Source of the DNA: Hydrolagus colliei
Lineage: Eukaryota
Direction: 5' to 3'
Length of the DNA stretch: 64,000 nucleotides
Assembly (NCBI GenBank): GCA_035084275.1
Contig: CM068749.1
Span: forward strand, 23,126,001 to 23,190,000
Below, one piece after another: positions 63,745-64,000 of the stretch. The notes beneath the pieces are model-generated. The model saw nothing but the letters and a program-made list of their open reading frames with translations. It was not told where the DNA came from and did not search any database. A program made the translations under genes and the position numbers. Positions within the stretch are counted from its first letter, which is position 1. Each line of letters begins with the position of its first letter.

Positions 63745-64000
63745 GAGTCCTGCAGCTCAGTGGTTAGAGCATTCGCCTTACAAGTGGGAGACATGGGTTC
63801 AATTCCAGGCAGCGCAAATCCTTGGGCAAGTTTCCTTCCTCCACACGCCTAATAATAATCCATCCAAAAAGCAATAATAAATTGGTCATTTCAATACACG
63901 ACTGTTTGTGGGGACACTGCCGTGCACAATTGGCTGCCGCGTTTCACCCATAAATGTACAGTCAATTCACTTAACAGTATATTCTGTGAAGCGCTTTGAG
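63745..64000 (+). mobile_element. SINE family A (runs off the window end)
   Basis: gagtcctgcagctcagtggttagagc...ggttcaattcc head followed by the conserved body. Confidence 0.9.

Noticed and set aside
1-64000. CRISPR array or prokaryotic operon
   Set aside because: No regularly spaced repeat-spacer array and very low coding density; the sequence is vertebrate non-coding DNA.

Overview
AT-rich vertebrate non-coding DNA, most likely an intron of a large developmental-type gene. The repeat content suggests a cartilaginous fish, probably a holocephalan (chimaera/elephant-shark-like); this is inferred from repeats only. No host protein-coding ORF is recognisable. The only convincing coding sequence is retrotransposon reverse transcriptase: a young 5'-truncated CR1 LINE (5505-6476, minus) and a decayed CR1 (about 9770-10850). 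The window is dense in tRNA-headed SINEs with L2-type tails, Deu-domain SINE relics, L2 3'-end fragments and one Penelope-like relic with a decayed hammerhead core. The most notable signal is a U2 snRNA-like sequence on the minus strand at about 32640-32950. It matches U2 nt 16-54 at 35/39, has an altered branch-point recognition sequence, and has a PSE-like element at the expected spacing, which suggests a variant snRNA gene or a U2-headed SINE. Other leads are several + strand microexon candidates (17-27 nt), a putative TATA promoter with first exon near 24.5-25.9 kb, long palindromes and a triple-nested insertion. Comparisons to known families are from memory; no searches were run.
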